64,000 bases of DNA from Candidatus Latescibacterota bacterium (GCA_965226795.1 CBDDDZ010000004.1:827392-891391), one strand, 5' to 3'. Positions 1-9,999 are shown, counted from the first letter of the stretch. The notes: generated from the letters alone by a model not told the origin. Made by a program: numbers and translations.

Positions 1-15
1 GTTCGGCGTTTCTGA

Positions 16-120
16 GTGTTTTCTATGGGACCGCGCCAGACCTCGGACGGCATTTTGATATTGCCGTGGCAGGATTTCCTTGACCGGCTCTGGAGCGGCG
101 CGAATTTCCCGCTACCATAG
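16..120 (+). pseudogene. 3' end remnant of an AAA ATPase/DUF4143-like gene
   Basis: Frame 1 reads ...RQTSDGILILPWQDFLDRLWSGANFPLP*, resembling the C-terminus of DUF4143 ATP-binding proteins. There is an in-frame TGA at 13-15. A homologous copy lies at 16740-16826. Confidence 0.5.
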
Positions 121-243
121 TCTCCTTTCTGCCGACCTTGTACGCAGACCGCCTTCCCCCAGTCCTTCCCTCTCATCACCGCTTTTTCATTCTCCGATTG
201 ATCGGTCCCGCGTCTCTCCCCTCCCCCGCCGGTTGGATGTATT

Positions 244-716
244 CTATCCCACGATCGCATTGATGTTCTGCACAATAATGTCCGTCGCGCCCAGGGTTCG
301 GAGGCGGATCAGAAGCCCGGCCGTTTGCGATTTAGGCACGACGGTTTCGATCGCGCTGGCGCAATCCGAAAGAGCGCTGAGCGTCGGCGCGCGACGGGCG
401 GGCAGCGCATCCAGGACTGCATTTCTCTGAGAGTTGTCGACGTTCAATTTAATGAGTTGTTGATTCTCAGCCTCGAGCGCGCCGGCCATCAGGTCTCCCA
501 GGGCGATCAATTTGGATATTCGACTTCGCGCGATAACGACAATGGGAGATACCATGATTTCATCGAATATCTCGAGGCCGTTTTCGCGCAGACTGCTGCC
601 CGTTATCGTGACACCCGCGCCGTAGTCGAAAAGCTTCATCGCCACCTTGATTTCGGTGCTTCCGTGTGAGAAGTCGATATCCGCATCCGGGTACCGGTTG
701 CTGGTGATCGCCGGAT
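244..716 (-). repeat. Diverged duplicate of the hisG 3' half, fused in frame to the surface protein
   Basis: The translation RYPDADIDFSHGSTEIK...IIVQNINAIVG matches the HisG C-terminus at 17086-17558, with about 12 substitutions in about 150 aa by manual comparison. Confidence 0.95.
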
Positions 717-1377
717 TCTCGAAGTCGGGAACATCCACGAAGGAAAGCTCTCCCCGTCCGCCCCGGGTGGTGATCTCGAACAGCGCCCGATCGCGGCCTC
801 CGGTAAGCTCGTACCCGGTGATGTAGTCCCTGTCGTCCGGATCCGTCCCCACTATGGAAATGGTCCCGGTGAAGTTCTCATCCACGGTCCGGGAATTGTG
901 GAAGATGGACGGCGGGCTGTTGGCGGTGACCGTGGTCTCGGTGACGTTCACCGTCACGTCATCGGCGGTTACCCCCGTATAGCCGCCGCTGACGGTGTGG
1001 GTGAGGGTGACCTCATCGTCATCGGTGTCGGTGTCGGCGGTGGAGCTCACCGTCACGGTTTGCGGCGTATCCCAGTTCTGGTCGGTGAAGGTCAGCGGCG
1101 ACCGGTTCACCGTGACATCGGCGTCCGACGGCACGGTCACCGTCACCGTCACGTCGGCAGTGGGTTGCATGGTCAGCACCACCGTGTAGGTGTCGCTGTC
1201 GTCCTCCTCCATGGTCAGTTCCGTAGGATAGATCTCCACCCCGGATTCGGCGTCGATGACGACCAGCGGTAGGTCATCGGACCGCACCAGCTCGTACCCG
1301 TTATCGCTGGCCGGGAGGGAAGGCAGCGCCACGATATCGATGGTGACCGCCGCCGTGGTCCCGGCGGTGCGGGACAC
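244..1377 (-). CDS. Distal segment of giant surface protein B: Ig/Calx-beta-like and cadherin domains fused to the HisG C-terminal half
   Basis: Contains TYTVVLTMQP...LTFTDQNWDTPQTVTV and a cadherin-like DPDD...LFEI...PDFENP, then HisG sequence. It continues the upstream ORF across a frameshift at the G6 run near 1406-1411. Confidence 0.8.
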   Translation of the reverse strand: MSRTAGTTAAVTIDIVALPSLPASDNGYELVRSDDLPLVVIDAESGVEIYPTELTMEEDDSDTYTVVLTMQPTADVTVTVTVPSDADVTVNRSPLTFTDQNWDTPQTVTVSSTADTDTDDDEVTLTHTVSGGYTGVTADDVTVNVTETTVTANSPPSIFHNSRTVDENFTGTISIVGTDPDDRDYITGYELTGGRDRALFEITTRGGRGELSFVDVPDFENPAITSNRYPDADIDFSHGSTEIKVAMKLFDYGAGVTITGSSLRENGLEIFDEIMVSPIVVIARSRISKLIALGDLMAGALEAENQQLIKLNVDNSQRNAVLDALPARRAPTLSALSDCASAIETVVPKSQTAGLLIRLRTLGATDIIVQNINAIVG

Positions 1378-2912
1378 CGACAGGGGATTGCTCTCGACAC
1401 GCCCTGGGGGATGGTGATGCTCGTCTCGCCGCTTTCGATATCGCCGTTGGAAAGCCGCAGCGGCAGGACCATATCAAAGGGCGCGCCGGTATGGGCCCTG
1501 GCAACGAACTGGTCCGTTCCTGCCGAATCCAGTGACACGGTAATCGGCAAGGGGTCAACCGGGTTCCACTGAAGTTGGAGCGTGGAAAGCGCCGTCAGCC
1601 CCTCGAAAGCGCTGTCCGGCAGTGACGACAGGTCCCATTGTCTCAGGTCCAGCGATCTCAGTTCCGTCAGTGCGGAAAAGACGGTTGACGGTAATGTGGC
1701 AAGGGCGTTGTTGTAGCCCAAGTCGAGAAACTCGAGCGCGGTCAGCCCGGAGAAGAGGTTGGCGGGCACGGAGGTGAGATCCATGCTACCCAGGTCGAGA
1801 TGGGTCAGCGCCGTCAGGCCGGAGAACAGGTCGGCTTCGAGGCTGCCGCTGCCCATCTGGTTGCGGCTCATGTTGAGGTGTTCCAGCGACGACAACCCGG
1901 AGAACACGGTCGCCGGAAAGCTGGTGAGCCGCGCATACTCCAGGTCGAGGTGTTTTAGCCCGGGCAAGTTGGAGAAGACGTCCGCCGGAAAGCTGGTAAT
2001 TCGGGTATTGCCAAGGTCGAGGTGTTCGAGCGTCGACAACCCGGTGAACTCGTCGGCCGCCAAGTCGCCCAGGAGGCTGTATTGAAGGATGAGTTCGTCC
2101 AGTGCCGTCAGATCGGAGAAACCGTTCGCCGGCAGGCTGTTGATTGTGGCACTCAGCAAATCGAGATGGGTCAGCGCGGTCAACCCGGTAAACAGGCTGT
2201 CGTCGAAGCTGCCGAGACGGCTGAAGGACAGATCGAGAGATAACAGCGCGGTCAATCCGGAAAACGTGTTCGCCCCAAGGCTGGAGAGGTTGTTCTGCCT
2301 GAGACTGAGTTTTTCCAGCGCCGACAGGTCGGAGAAGATATCCGCCAGCAGGCTGCTGATATTGTTGTCTGACAGATAGAGTTCTTCCAGTGCCGACAGT
2401 CCGGAAAAGTCATCGGCTTTCAGCGTGGAGATGCTTTCGTCAGACAGGGAGAGGCGCGTGATCGCGGCAAGATGGTCAGCGGTTACATCGCCGCACGCGC
2501 TGACCCCTGCAGCATCCACGATTGCGTTGCGCACCTTCACGGTGCGGTTGCAGACGTTCCTGAGGTTCGTCACCGACAGGTTGCTAAGGGCGCCGGCGGG
2601 ATTGAGCGCCCGGTCACGGATCGGGTTGGTCCCCGGCGTGTACGCCAGCGCCACCGTCTCGCCCGTGTTCACGGCCGAGGCCAGGGTGAGCGTCACCACG
2701 GTGCTGCTCACCCCCACCGCCGTAACGTTTCGCGCCTCGCTGTCTACGGTGACGGTAAAGTCGCCGTTCGCAGGTCTCGAACCGCTGTCGAGCACCTCTT
2801 CGTAGGTCAGCGTCAGCCGGGTGCCATTGACGCCCGCTTCAGAGGGCGGGGGCTTTTCCATCGACCTTGTGGCTGGACTGGTTGGCGCGTGCAGCGTGCG
2901 CCAGGTCGGCAT
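1215..2912 (-). CDS. Middle segment of giant surface protein B: SwmB-like repeat and leucine-rich repeats
   Basis: Contains VNGTRLTLTYEEVLD...VTLTLASAV...YTPGTNPIRD, a CNRT...C cap, and about 12-13 24-aa LRRs (FSGLTALxxLxLxxNxLxxLP). It joins the upstream ORF by a frameshift near 2840. Confidence 0.85.
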   Translation of the reverse strand: MPTWRTLHAPTSPATRSMEKPPPSEAGVNGTRLTLTYEEVLDSGSRPANGDFTVTVDSEARNVTAVGVSSTVVTLTLASAVNTGETVALAYTPGTNPIRDRALNPAGALSNLSVTNLRNVCNRTVKVRNAIVDAAGVSACGDVTADHLAAITRLSLSDESISTLKADDFSGLSALEELYLSDNNISSLLADIFSDLSALEKLSLRQNNLSSLGANTFSGLTALLSLDLSFSRLGSFDDSLFTGLTALTHLDLLSATINSLPANGFSDLTALDELILQYSLLGDLAADEFTGLSTLEHLDLGNTRITSFPADVFSNLPGLKHLDLEYARLTSFPATVFSGLSSLEHLNMSRNQMGSGSLEADLFSGLTALTHLDLGSMDLTSVPANLFSGLTALEFLDLGYNNALATLPSTVFSALTELRSLDLRQWDLSSLPDSAFEGLTALSTLQLQWNPVDPLPITVSLDSAGTDQFVARAHTGAPFDMVLPLRLSNGDIESGETSITIPQGVSRAIPCRCPAPPGPRRRSPSISWRCLPSRPAITGTSWCGPMTYRWSSSTPNPGWRSILRN

Positions 2913-5900
2913 TTATTGTGGAATTGCTCCTGACGATGCGCCCGCTGTTGAGCTTGAGGCCGTTGGCATTGATGGTCGCGCCATTGGTGTCTTCGTCGGT
3001 GTCCGCCACCGTGTACTGGAACAGTAGCCGGGCCGTTGTCGTGCCGCTCTTGTAGTCCGCCTTCCGCTCGGTGGAACCGAAGGTCAGGTCCATCTGCGGC
3101 GTGCCGGTAACGGTCACCGCTTCGCTGAAGGTGACGTCGATGACGTCGTCTTTCTTGTAGGTATTGTTCTGTCCCGACGGCGGAGTGGAGGTAAAGGCAA
3201 CGCTGGAGACCGTGGGGGCGGTGTGCGTGGTCCCGCTGCCCGTATTGGACCAGGGTCCCTTGCCTTCATCGTTCTTCGCCTGCACCTGGAACTGGTACGT
3301 CCTGCCCGCGCGGAGGCTGCTGAGAACCCGGGTACGCGTCACGCTGCTGTCCGGAGAGGCGGTGTATGACCCGCTGTCGCGGTATTGCAGGAAGTAGTTC
3401 GTGATATCCGGACCGGTATTTGTCGGCGCGTCCCACCGCACCGTCAGGCTGCTCTCCGTCGTGTCGCTCACCACCGGAGGGTTGGGCTTGCCCGGTGGCT
3501 CGACGGCGTCCTCGATGGTGACGGTGATGGTCTGCGCCGCCGTCAGCGCCCGGGTGTCCGCCCCGCCCGTCACCTCCACCTGGACGGTGTATTCGTTGTC
3601 GCTGCCCGCATCCGCCGGCCGTTCGAAGTCAGGGTCATCCTTGAAGTGCAACTCCCTGGTATTCGCAATCTCGAAGTCGTCCCGGTCCGCACCGCCCGTG
3701 ACCGCGTATCCCGGATGCTGTCGTCCCTGTCCACGTCCTGCGCGGCCAGCCGCCCTGCCCTCAGGACGTTTTCCACAACCATGAACGTATCCACGCTGGT
3801 GAAGTGGGGGGGTTCGTTCTCGTCCGTGACATTGACGGTAACCGTCTGCTCGGCGGTGAGCGCCCTGCCTCCCGTACCCCCCGGTAGCCGTGACCTCCAC
3901 GACGTAGCTGTTGTTGCTGCCAGCATCCGTGGGACTCTCAAAGTCCGGGTCATCCTTGAACGTCAACACGCCCGAGTTGCTGATTTCGAGCCTGCCGCGG
4001 TCGCTGCCGCCGGTCAGGGTGTAGTCCGTGATGGCATCGCCCTGGTCCAGGTCGTCGGCACTGACACTGCCGGCGAAGGACTGGTTCTCCGCCGCCTCCA
4101 GCGTCTCCTCGCCGGTGAACACGGGCACCTCGTTCAGATCCGTCAGGTCGATGGACACCGGGATGGTGCTCTGTCCGTCGTGGCCGTCGGTGGCCTTCAC
4201 GTTCACCGAATAGCGGGAGAGGGCCTCGAAGTCGTAGGTCCTGCCCGATCGGGTCTTGAGCTGCCCGCTACGCGTGTCGATCGAGAAGGAGTCCGCGTGC
4301 GTGCCTTCCAGCGCGTAGGTCAACGTGGTCTTCTCGGCGTCGGTCGCACTGACTGGATCGCCGATGTCCTTCACGCCCGTCGTGTTCTCCGCCAGGGTGC
4401 GTGTCGCGCCGGACCCGTCAGTGAATGTTGGCAACTGATTGGGATCGGTGCTTCCCGTGCCCGATTCCGACCAGTCGCTCGCGCCTTCGTCGTTGCGCGC
4501 CAGCACCTGCACCTGGTGGGTGGTGTCCGGCGTCAGGCCCGTGATTGCGGTCGTACGTTCCGCGCTGTTGAACCGCCAGGATGTGAATCCGCCGGTGTCT
4601 CCTTCCCGGTACTGCACGTCGTAGTCGGTGATGTCGGGGCCTGTGTTTGTGGGCTCCTCCCACGTCACATCCAGGCTGGTGGACGAGGACGCCTGGACGC
4701 CGGGCGCGTCCGGGATACCGGGCTTTTCCTGCTGGTCCGTCAGGTTGATCGTGACCGCAATGGTGTTGCTGCCGCCCTGCCCGTCTTCGACGCGCACGAT
4801 GACGTTGTAGCGAGACTTTGCCTCAAAGTCGTAGCTCTGCCCGGACAGCGTCTGAAGCTGCGCGTCGTCCAGCGCGAAGGAAGCCCGGTCCGTGCCTTCG
4901 AGGTCGTAACTTAGCGTGCCGCCGTCGGTATCCCTCGCGGTGAGCGGGTTGCCGATATCGTTTGTGCCCGTGGTATTCTCTGCCAGAGAGCGCGTGGTGC
5001 TCGTACCCTCGTTGAAGGTGGGCGCCCGGTTGGCGACGGTCCTGGCGTCGGCGGACTCAGACCAGTCGCTTTCTCCTTCGGGAGAGCGCGCCAGCACCTG
5101 CACCCGGTAGGGCGTGTTGGCATTCAGGCCGGTGATCGTGGTGGTCGTCCCTGGCCCGGTGTGCGGCCAGTCGGTGAAGGCGCCGCCGTCCTCGCTATAC
5201 TGCACGTCGTAGTCGTTGATGGCCGGACCGGTGTTGGCAGGGGCCGTCCATCGAATGGACAGGCTGTTCAGCGTTTGTGCCGTGACCGTGGGCCTGCCGG
5301 ACGCCTCCGGTTCCTCGGTGTCGTCGTCGATCACGTTTATGGTCACGGTGATGCTGGCGGTTTCGCCCTGTTCGTCGTGCGCTTCCACCGTCACGGAATA
5401 GCGGTCTTTCGTCTCGAAGTCGTAGGTGACGCCCGTCGCGGTCTGCAGTTGACCGGTATTGGTGTCGACGTCAAAACTCTCCGTGTCGCCGCGGGAGAGG
5501 CTGTACGTCACCGTGGTGTTTTCCGGGTCGGATGCCCGTAGCGGGACGCCGAGGTCGGTTGTACCGGTCGTATTCTCTGCCACCTCGCGCGTGGCGCTGC
5601 CACCCTCGTCGAATACCGGCGGCAGATTGGAACTGGTGGTCCCGAAGCCGGAGCGGGAATATAGGGAGGTTCCTTCGTCGTTGGTTGCCCGCACCTGCAC
5701 CTCGTAGCGGGTGTTGACGTCGAGTTCGATGATCGTCGCGCTCGTACCCGGCCCATCGTGGGTATGGGGAATGAAGTTGCCGTTCTTCCGGTATTGCACG
5801 TCGTAGTCGGTGATATCCGGACCGGTATTGTCCGGCGCATCCCACGTGACCGTCAGGCTGGTGGTGGAGGCGGGCTGTACCAGAGGCGCGGCGGGAATCT

Positions 5901-7914
5901 CCGGCGGTTCGTTCACGTCGGCCACGTGGATGGTGACGCCGATCGTGGCCGATTCGCCGTAGGGGTCGTCGGCTTCCAGGTCAACGGAATACCGGTCGTT
6001 ATCCTCGAAGTCGTACGCGACCCCAGACAGGGTACGCAACTGCCCGCTGCCGGTGTCCACGGAAAAACTGGCGGAGTCCGGCCCCGAGAGTCTGTACGTC
6101 ATACGGTGTCCGTCCGGGTCCGTGGCGTTTACCGGATGCTGGATGGGACGGCGTGCGGGCGTGTTCTCCGCCACGGTGCGCACCGTGTTTGTCCCGTCGT
6201 CGAAGGTCGGCGGCCGGTTGTCTTGCGGCGGCGGGGGTGGCGGTGGCGGCGGCGGAGGGATGAACGGCCCGCCGGGACCACCTGTACCAGGCGGCGGGGA
6301 TGGGGGTGTCGTGACGACAACGGCGAAGGTCGTCTGTGCACTGTTTCCATACGCGTTGCTGGCCGTGGCGGTGATGGTCGCGCGCCCCGTGGCCACGCCG
6401 CGCACCGTCGCCAACGTATCCGCGACGGTGACCGTGGCAACCCCCTCGTGGGACGACGTGGCGCCATACGTCAGCGCCCCCAGCGCCGGACGCGTAAACA
6501 GGCTGGCGAGGTTCACCCGCAGGTCGCGGTCTACGTACACCGTCTGGTCGCCGATGACGCCCAGGGGTCGCGGATCCACCGTAGGCGCGCCAACAACGGG
6601 CTCCGACCAGGGACTCTCGCCCTCGTCGTTCAGTGTGCGCACGCGCACCTGATACGTTTGTTCGTTGGTCAGTCCGGAAATCGTGATGCTGGTATCCGTG
6701 CGGCTGTCCAGCAACAGCCCCTCCAGCCAATCCTCGCTGTCTGCCGCCCGATGCCCAACCTCGTATCCGCTTACTGGGGGCTTTCCCGCCTCGTCCGGCG
6801 CCTCGTTCCAGGTCATGGTCAATGCGGTGTCGTGCGGGGCCACCGCCACGCTGGCAGGCGGCGCGCCGGGGGGTTCGTCCACGTCCGTGACGGCGACGTC
6901 CACCACGACGGTGGCGCGGCCCCCCTGACCGTCACTGGCGCGCACGGTGACGGAATACGCGTCCCTGGCTTCGTAATCGTACGCTGCCCCCTCCCTTGTG
7001 AGAAGCTGACCCGTTCCCGATTCTATTGTAAAGCTGTCCGCGTGCACGCCACGCAGGCGGTACGTGAGAGAGTCGCCGTCGGCGTCCGTGGCCGACACGG
7101 GGTTCCCGATGGGCTCGCCGGCTGCCGTATTCTCTTCCACCGAGCGCGTCACCGGCGGTGTGGCGCCGAAAGCGGGTGCGCGGTTGGCCTCTTCGCCGAA
7201 GCTGCTGGCAAAGATCACGAAGTCGTCGAAGCCGATGCCGCCGTCGTTGTTGAGGTCGAACTCCGCCACGTACTTACTATCGCCCCGTTGCGCCCCGAAG
7301 ACGCCGGCAAAGGCCACAAAGTCGGAAAACCCTACAAGCCCGTTGCCGTCGAAGTCCGGAGAAGGCGGTGCGGCCACCTGCAGCGCCACGCCAATGGCAG
7401 AAGAGATCGTCTCGGTCTGCCCGCCACGGGCAAGTTCCGCGTCGACAAGCCAGATCTCTGTATCAGAGAATGCAGCCGTCGTACGCAATCGCACCGTGCC
7501 GACCAGGCCGGTGTTCACCGTTGCTGATCCACTCAACGACGAAACGCCAACGCTGAAGGAAGTGGAATCCTGCTGTAGGTTAGCATGGGCGTTCGGCAAC
7601 GCCTCGCCGGGATCGAAGCCATCGAACGCAATCTGGCCCGGATCGTATCCGAAGCGCGCGGAAATGCCCTGGGCGTTCTGAATATCCGAGGCGAAAATCT
7701 GGACGGAGACAGGCTGATCGGGCAGGAGGTCGATCGAGGACACGGACTGGTCGCCAGCGGCATCGTTCAGGTCCAGCGTAAGGGAAAACCCGCTTGGTTG
7801 CGTGGACGGCGACCGCGGGAGCGCGAACAACACCAGGCAAAGCACACCCGCGGCGCCGAGGGTGAAAGACCCAATGCTTATTCGCGAACGACAAAGTACA
7901 CCGAAAAAGGCCAC
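2839..7914 (-). CDS. Giant secreted surface protein B, N-terminal part: cohesin-like, dockerin/EF-hand, cadherin and fibronectin type III repeats
   Basis: GTG start placed at 7914 by alignment with paralog A. Has a hydrophobic N-terminus, a DFDGNGLVGFSDF...DLNNDGGIGFDDF pair, alternating cadherin (ENT...DPD...YDFE) and FN3 (WxxP...YDVQY...YQVQV.A.N.EG...WS) units and a poly-Pro linker. Compensating frameshifts occur near 3880 and 3712. Confidence 0.9.
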   Translation of the reverse strand: MAFFGVLCRSRISIGSFTLGAAGVLCLVLFALPRSPSTQPSGFSLTLDLNDAAGDQSVSSIDLLPDQPVSVQIFASDIQNAQGISARFGYDPGQIAFDGFDPGEALPNAHANLQQDSTSFSVGVSSLSGSATVNTGLVGTVRLRTTAAFSDTEIWLVDAELARGGQTETISSAIGVALQVAAPPSPDFDGNGLVGFSDFVAFAGVFGAQRGDSKYVAEFDLNNDGGIGFDDFVIFASSFGEEANRAPAFGATPPVTRSVEENTAAGEPIGNPVSATDADGDSLTYRLRGVHADSFTIESGTGQLLTREGAAYDYEARDAYSVTVRASDGQGGRATVVVDVAVTDVDEPPGAPPASVAVAPHDTALTMTWNEAPDEAGKPPVSGYEVGHRAADSEDWLEGLLLDSRTDTSITISGLTNEQTYQVRVRTLNDEGESPWSEPVVGAPTVDPRPLGVIGDQTVYVDRDLRVNLASLFTRPALGALTYGATSSHEGVATVTVADTLATVRGVATGRATITATASNAYGNSAQTTFAVVVTTPPSPPPGTGGPGGPFIPPPPPPPPPPPQDNRPPTFDDGTNTVRTVAENTPARRPIQHPVNATDPDGHRMTYRLSGPDSASFSVDTGSGQLRTLSGVAYDFEDNDRYSVDLEADDPYGESATIGVTIHVADVNEPPEIPAAPLVQPASTTSLTVTWDAPDNTGPDITDYDVQYRKNGNFIPHTHDGPGTSATIIELDVNTRYEVQVRATNDEGTSLYSRSGFGTTSSNLPPVFDEGGSATREVAENTTGTTDLGVPLRASDPENTTVTYSLSRGDTESFDVDTNTGQLQTATGVTYDFETKDRYSVTVEAHDEQGETASITVTINVIDDDTEEPEASGRPTVTAQTLNSLSIRWTAPANTGPAINDYDVQYSEDGGAFTDWPHTGPGTTTTITGLNANTPYRVQVLARSPEGESDWSESADARTVANRAPTFNEGTSTTRSLAENTTGTNDIGNPLTARDTDGGTLSYDLEGTDRASFALDDAQLQTLSGQSYDFEAKSRYNVIVRVEDGQGGSNTIAVTINLTDQQEKPGIPDAPGVQASSSTSLDVTWEEPTNTGPDITDYDVQYREGDTGGFTSWRFNSAERTTAITGLTPDTTHQVQVLARNDEGASDWSESGTGSTDPNQLPTFTDGSGATRTLAENTTGVKDIGDPVSATDAEKTTLTYALEGTHADSFSIDTRSGQLKTRSGRTYDFEALSRYSVNVKATDGHDGQSTIPVSIDLTDLNEVPVFTGEETLEAAENQSFAGSVSADDLDQGDAITDYTLTGGSDRGRLEISNSGVLTFKDDPDFESPTDAGSNNSYVVEVTATGGYGRQGAHRRADGYRQCHGRERTPPLHQRGYVHGCGKRPEGRAAGRAGRGQGRQHPGYAVTGGADRDDFEIANTRELHFKDDPDFERPADAGSDNEYTVQVEVTGGADTRALTAAQTITVTIEDAVEPPGKPNPPVVSDTTESSLTVRWDAPTNTGPDITNYFLQYRDSGSYTASPDSSVTRTRVLSSLRAGRTYQFQVQAKNDEGKGPWSNTGSGTTHTAPTVSSVAFTSTPPSGQNNTYKKDDVIDVTFSEAVTVTGTPQMDLTFGSTERKADYKSGTTTARLLFQYTVADTDEDTNGATINANGLKLNSGRIVRSNSTINADLAHAARANQSSHKVDGKAPAL

Positions 7915-7973
7915 GAAAACCTCGGAAAACTGCGAAATCCCGAAATTCGTGTGTTTCTGATAAATGCTCGCAG

Positions 7974-9401
7974 CATTGCTGTCCAAGAACCGTGGGATAA
8001 TGAGACATCAGGATCGTAAAGTGGCTTAAATCGGCGATTTTGTAGTGGTTTGACCCGAACAATGCGAACCAGGTTGCCAAAGCGTGAGTATCTGCTGTCC
8101 AAGAAATCAGAGACGTAATTTGAGTTGTACAGGGACAGGGTGTTGGGGCGGTGTATGAAACGGATTATTGATCCAGGTCCACAAATCACGATAGGTGAAG
8201 AGGTTCCATCTCAACAAGGCGACGAGATTGGACAGTGCCCAATTGAGGCGTGAGCGCAGTTGCAGGTATTTGAGCAATAGCATCGCGATCAATGCTGTCC
8301 AAATTTGAATCTTGAGGGCGTTGGCGGAAGTGCCCACGAAGGTCTTGACCTTGAGATTTTGTTTCAACGCTTTGAAGAAGAGTTCAATTTGCCACCGGTC
8401 TTTATAGATGCGTGCAATGGTGGTGGGTCCGAAGTGCAGATGGTTGGTCAGAAACGTGAGGGTCTTGTCGGATGCGCTGTCGTGATAAGTGATGCGTCTG
8501 AGGCGATGAGGACAGGCGCGTTTGGCTTGCGGTCCGGTGAATCGGATGATTTCGTCGGATAAGATGCCCCCCTTTTGTGGCGTCTTGCGCGTCTGTACGA
8601 CCTCATAAGCGGCATTGGACTTTTGCCGGGTCAAAAAATAGACGCCTTCTTCACTCCGGTGCGAGAAGAGGCTGTAATCGGTGAAGCCGCGGTCGACCAC
8701 GACGATGCTTCCTTGTGGAAAGCGCAACGTCTGTGCGACATTGACCTCGTGCACGTCTCCTGGCGTGATTTGAGCGAAAACGGGCAGGTAGCCGTCGTGG
8801 TCAAGCAACAGATGCAACTTCACCGCTCCTTTGGTCTGACGGAATTTTGCCCAGTCAAAAAGGCTGACACACAGGTCGATCACCGAAGCGTCCAGCGACA
8901 GCAGTTTGTTGCGAAATCGAAATTTCCGCCTGCCTCCTGCACGGGCAACCTGTGCGGAATGATCCAGACGGCATTTCTCCAACAACTGGTAGAACACACG
9001 CTCAAACAACTGCCAGGGCCGGTGCTTGTTGGCATACGATAGCGTGGACCGCTTCGGCGCCTCCCGAACCCCCACATGGATCAACTTGCCCAGACAACAC
9101 GAAAGCCCATCACAGATCTCACGTAACGAGTGCGCTTGCGCCAACTGGCAGAACAGCATCGCCACAAACTGTTCCCAGCAGGTGAACCCTTTACTGTACC
9201 GCTCTGCCTGATGCGCTTTCACCGCATGCTGAAACTGGTTGCGAGGGATTAAATCTAACAGTTGACTGAAAAAACTGGCTGTACGTACCATACACCTATC
9301 CTCCGGGATGCGCTTCATGGATTCTTGTTTTACTCTTCTACTTCCATGATCGCATACTCGGAGGAATTATTACTTTTCAAAACCGTTTTTGGACAGGTGT
9401 G
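7974..9401 (-). mobile_element. IS4-family insertion sequence
   Basis: Imperfect terminal IRs: CATTGCTGTCCAAGAA (7974-7989) and the reverse complement CACACCTGTCCAAAAA (9386-9401). 9-bp flanks TGCTCGCAG / TGCTGGCAG. An extra internal IR lies at 8092-8105. Confidence 0.85.
8107..9318 (-). CDS. IS4-family DDE transposase (DUF4372 + DDE_Tnp_1-like)
   Basis: Motifs FTCWEQFVAMLFCQL...SLREI, LDASVID, KLH, VVDRGF and YKDRWQIELFFKALKQNLKVKTFVGTSANA. Confidence 0.95.
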   Translation of the reverse strand: MKRIPEDRCMVRTASFFSQLLDLIPRNQFQHAVKAHQAERYSKGFTCWEQFVAMLFCQLAQAHSLREICDGLSCCLGKLIHVGVREAPKRSTLSYANKHRPWQLFERVFYQLLEKCRLDHSAQVARAGGRRKFRFRNKLLSLDASVIDLCVSLFDWAKFRQTKGAVKLHLLLDHDGYLPVFAQITPGDVHEVNVAQTLRFPQGSIVVVDRGFTDYSLFSHRSEEGVYFLTRQKSNAAYEVVQTRKTPQKGGILSDEIIRFTGPQAKRACPHRLRRITYHDSASDKTLTFLTNHLHFGPTTIARIYKDRWQIELFFKALKQNLKVKTFVGTSANALKIQIWTALIAMLLLKYLQLRSRLNWALSNLVALLRWNLFTYRDLWTWINNPFHTPPQHPVPVQLKLRL

Positions 9402-9539
9402 TGCTGGCAGGACATTGACATGCGCCAAGATACGTTCCCGGATACATTTGTGCCAATGTTTATCAGAATCCGAATGTGGGACACCTGGCGAAAAATCAGC
9501 CCATAGACCGTGTTGAATGGTCGTTGTCGACCACAGCGT

Positions 9540-9990
9540 CCCGGCGGCAATCGCCTTCGTGCCCGAAAAATAGGTACCCGGGGCGGGATCGATGGGGGTT
9601 TGGAATGGAGTGAGGGAGGGGTTCTTCAACAGGTCGAGATTTATCCATGGCGCGGATCCGCATCCCAGAGCGTGGCCCATCTCGCGCAGAAAGACGGCAT
9701 CAATCAAGCTGCCCGAGTACACGCTCAGGTAGCCCGGGTCAGATTCGATTATGCATGCATACGTCAGCGAGAAAGGGTCCTGGCTTCGTATGTGCGTCGT
9801 ACCTGCGATGCCGCCGAACTAGTCGCGCTGCCGGCTGAACCGGGATCCACAAGGATCTCAGTACCGATCACATGAAAGGAAGCGGCGGCCGTATTTCCGG
9901 ACAACGCCGTATACGTCAGCAGGTCCCTTTCTGGCTGCTGAACACGCCGCCTGCGGACACGATCTCGACGGCACCGTCCCACCGTCCTCG
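9540..9990 (-). pseudogene. Orphan remnant of an Ig-like domain plus a leishmanolysin (M8)-like zinc protease
   Basis: Fragments ERDLLTYTALSGNTAAASFHVIGTEILVDPGSAGSAT and IDAVFLREMGHALGCG...W...LLKNPS...TYFSGTKAIAA (degenerate HExxH). No start codon; internal stops. Confidence 0.6.
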
Positions 9991-9999
9991 AACACCTGA

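Noticed and set aside
6227-6258. GGC/GGT triplet run as a contingency repeat
   Set aside because: It encodes an in-frame poly-proline linker with mixed codons, so length change would not switch phase.
7915-7986. Upstream start for giant protein B given in the ORF track
   Set aside because: It begins inside the IS inverted repeat; paralog A supports GTG at 7914.
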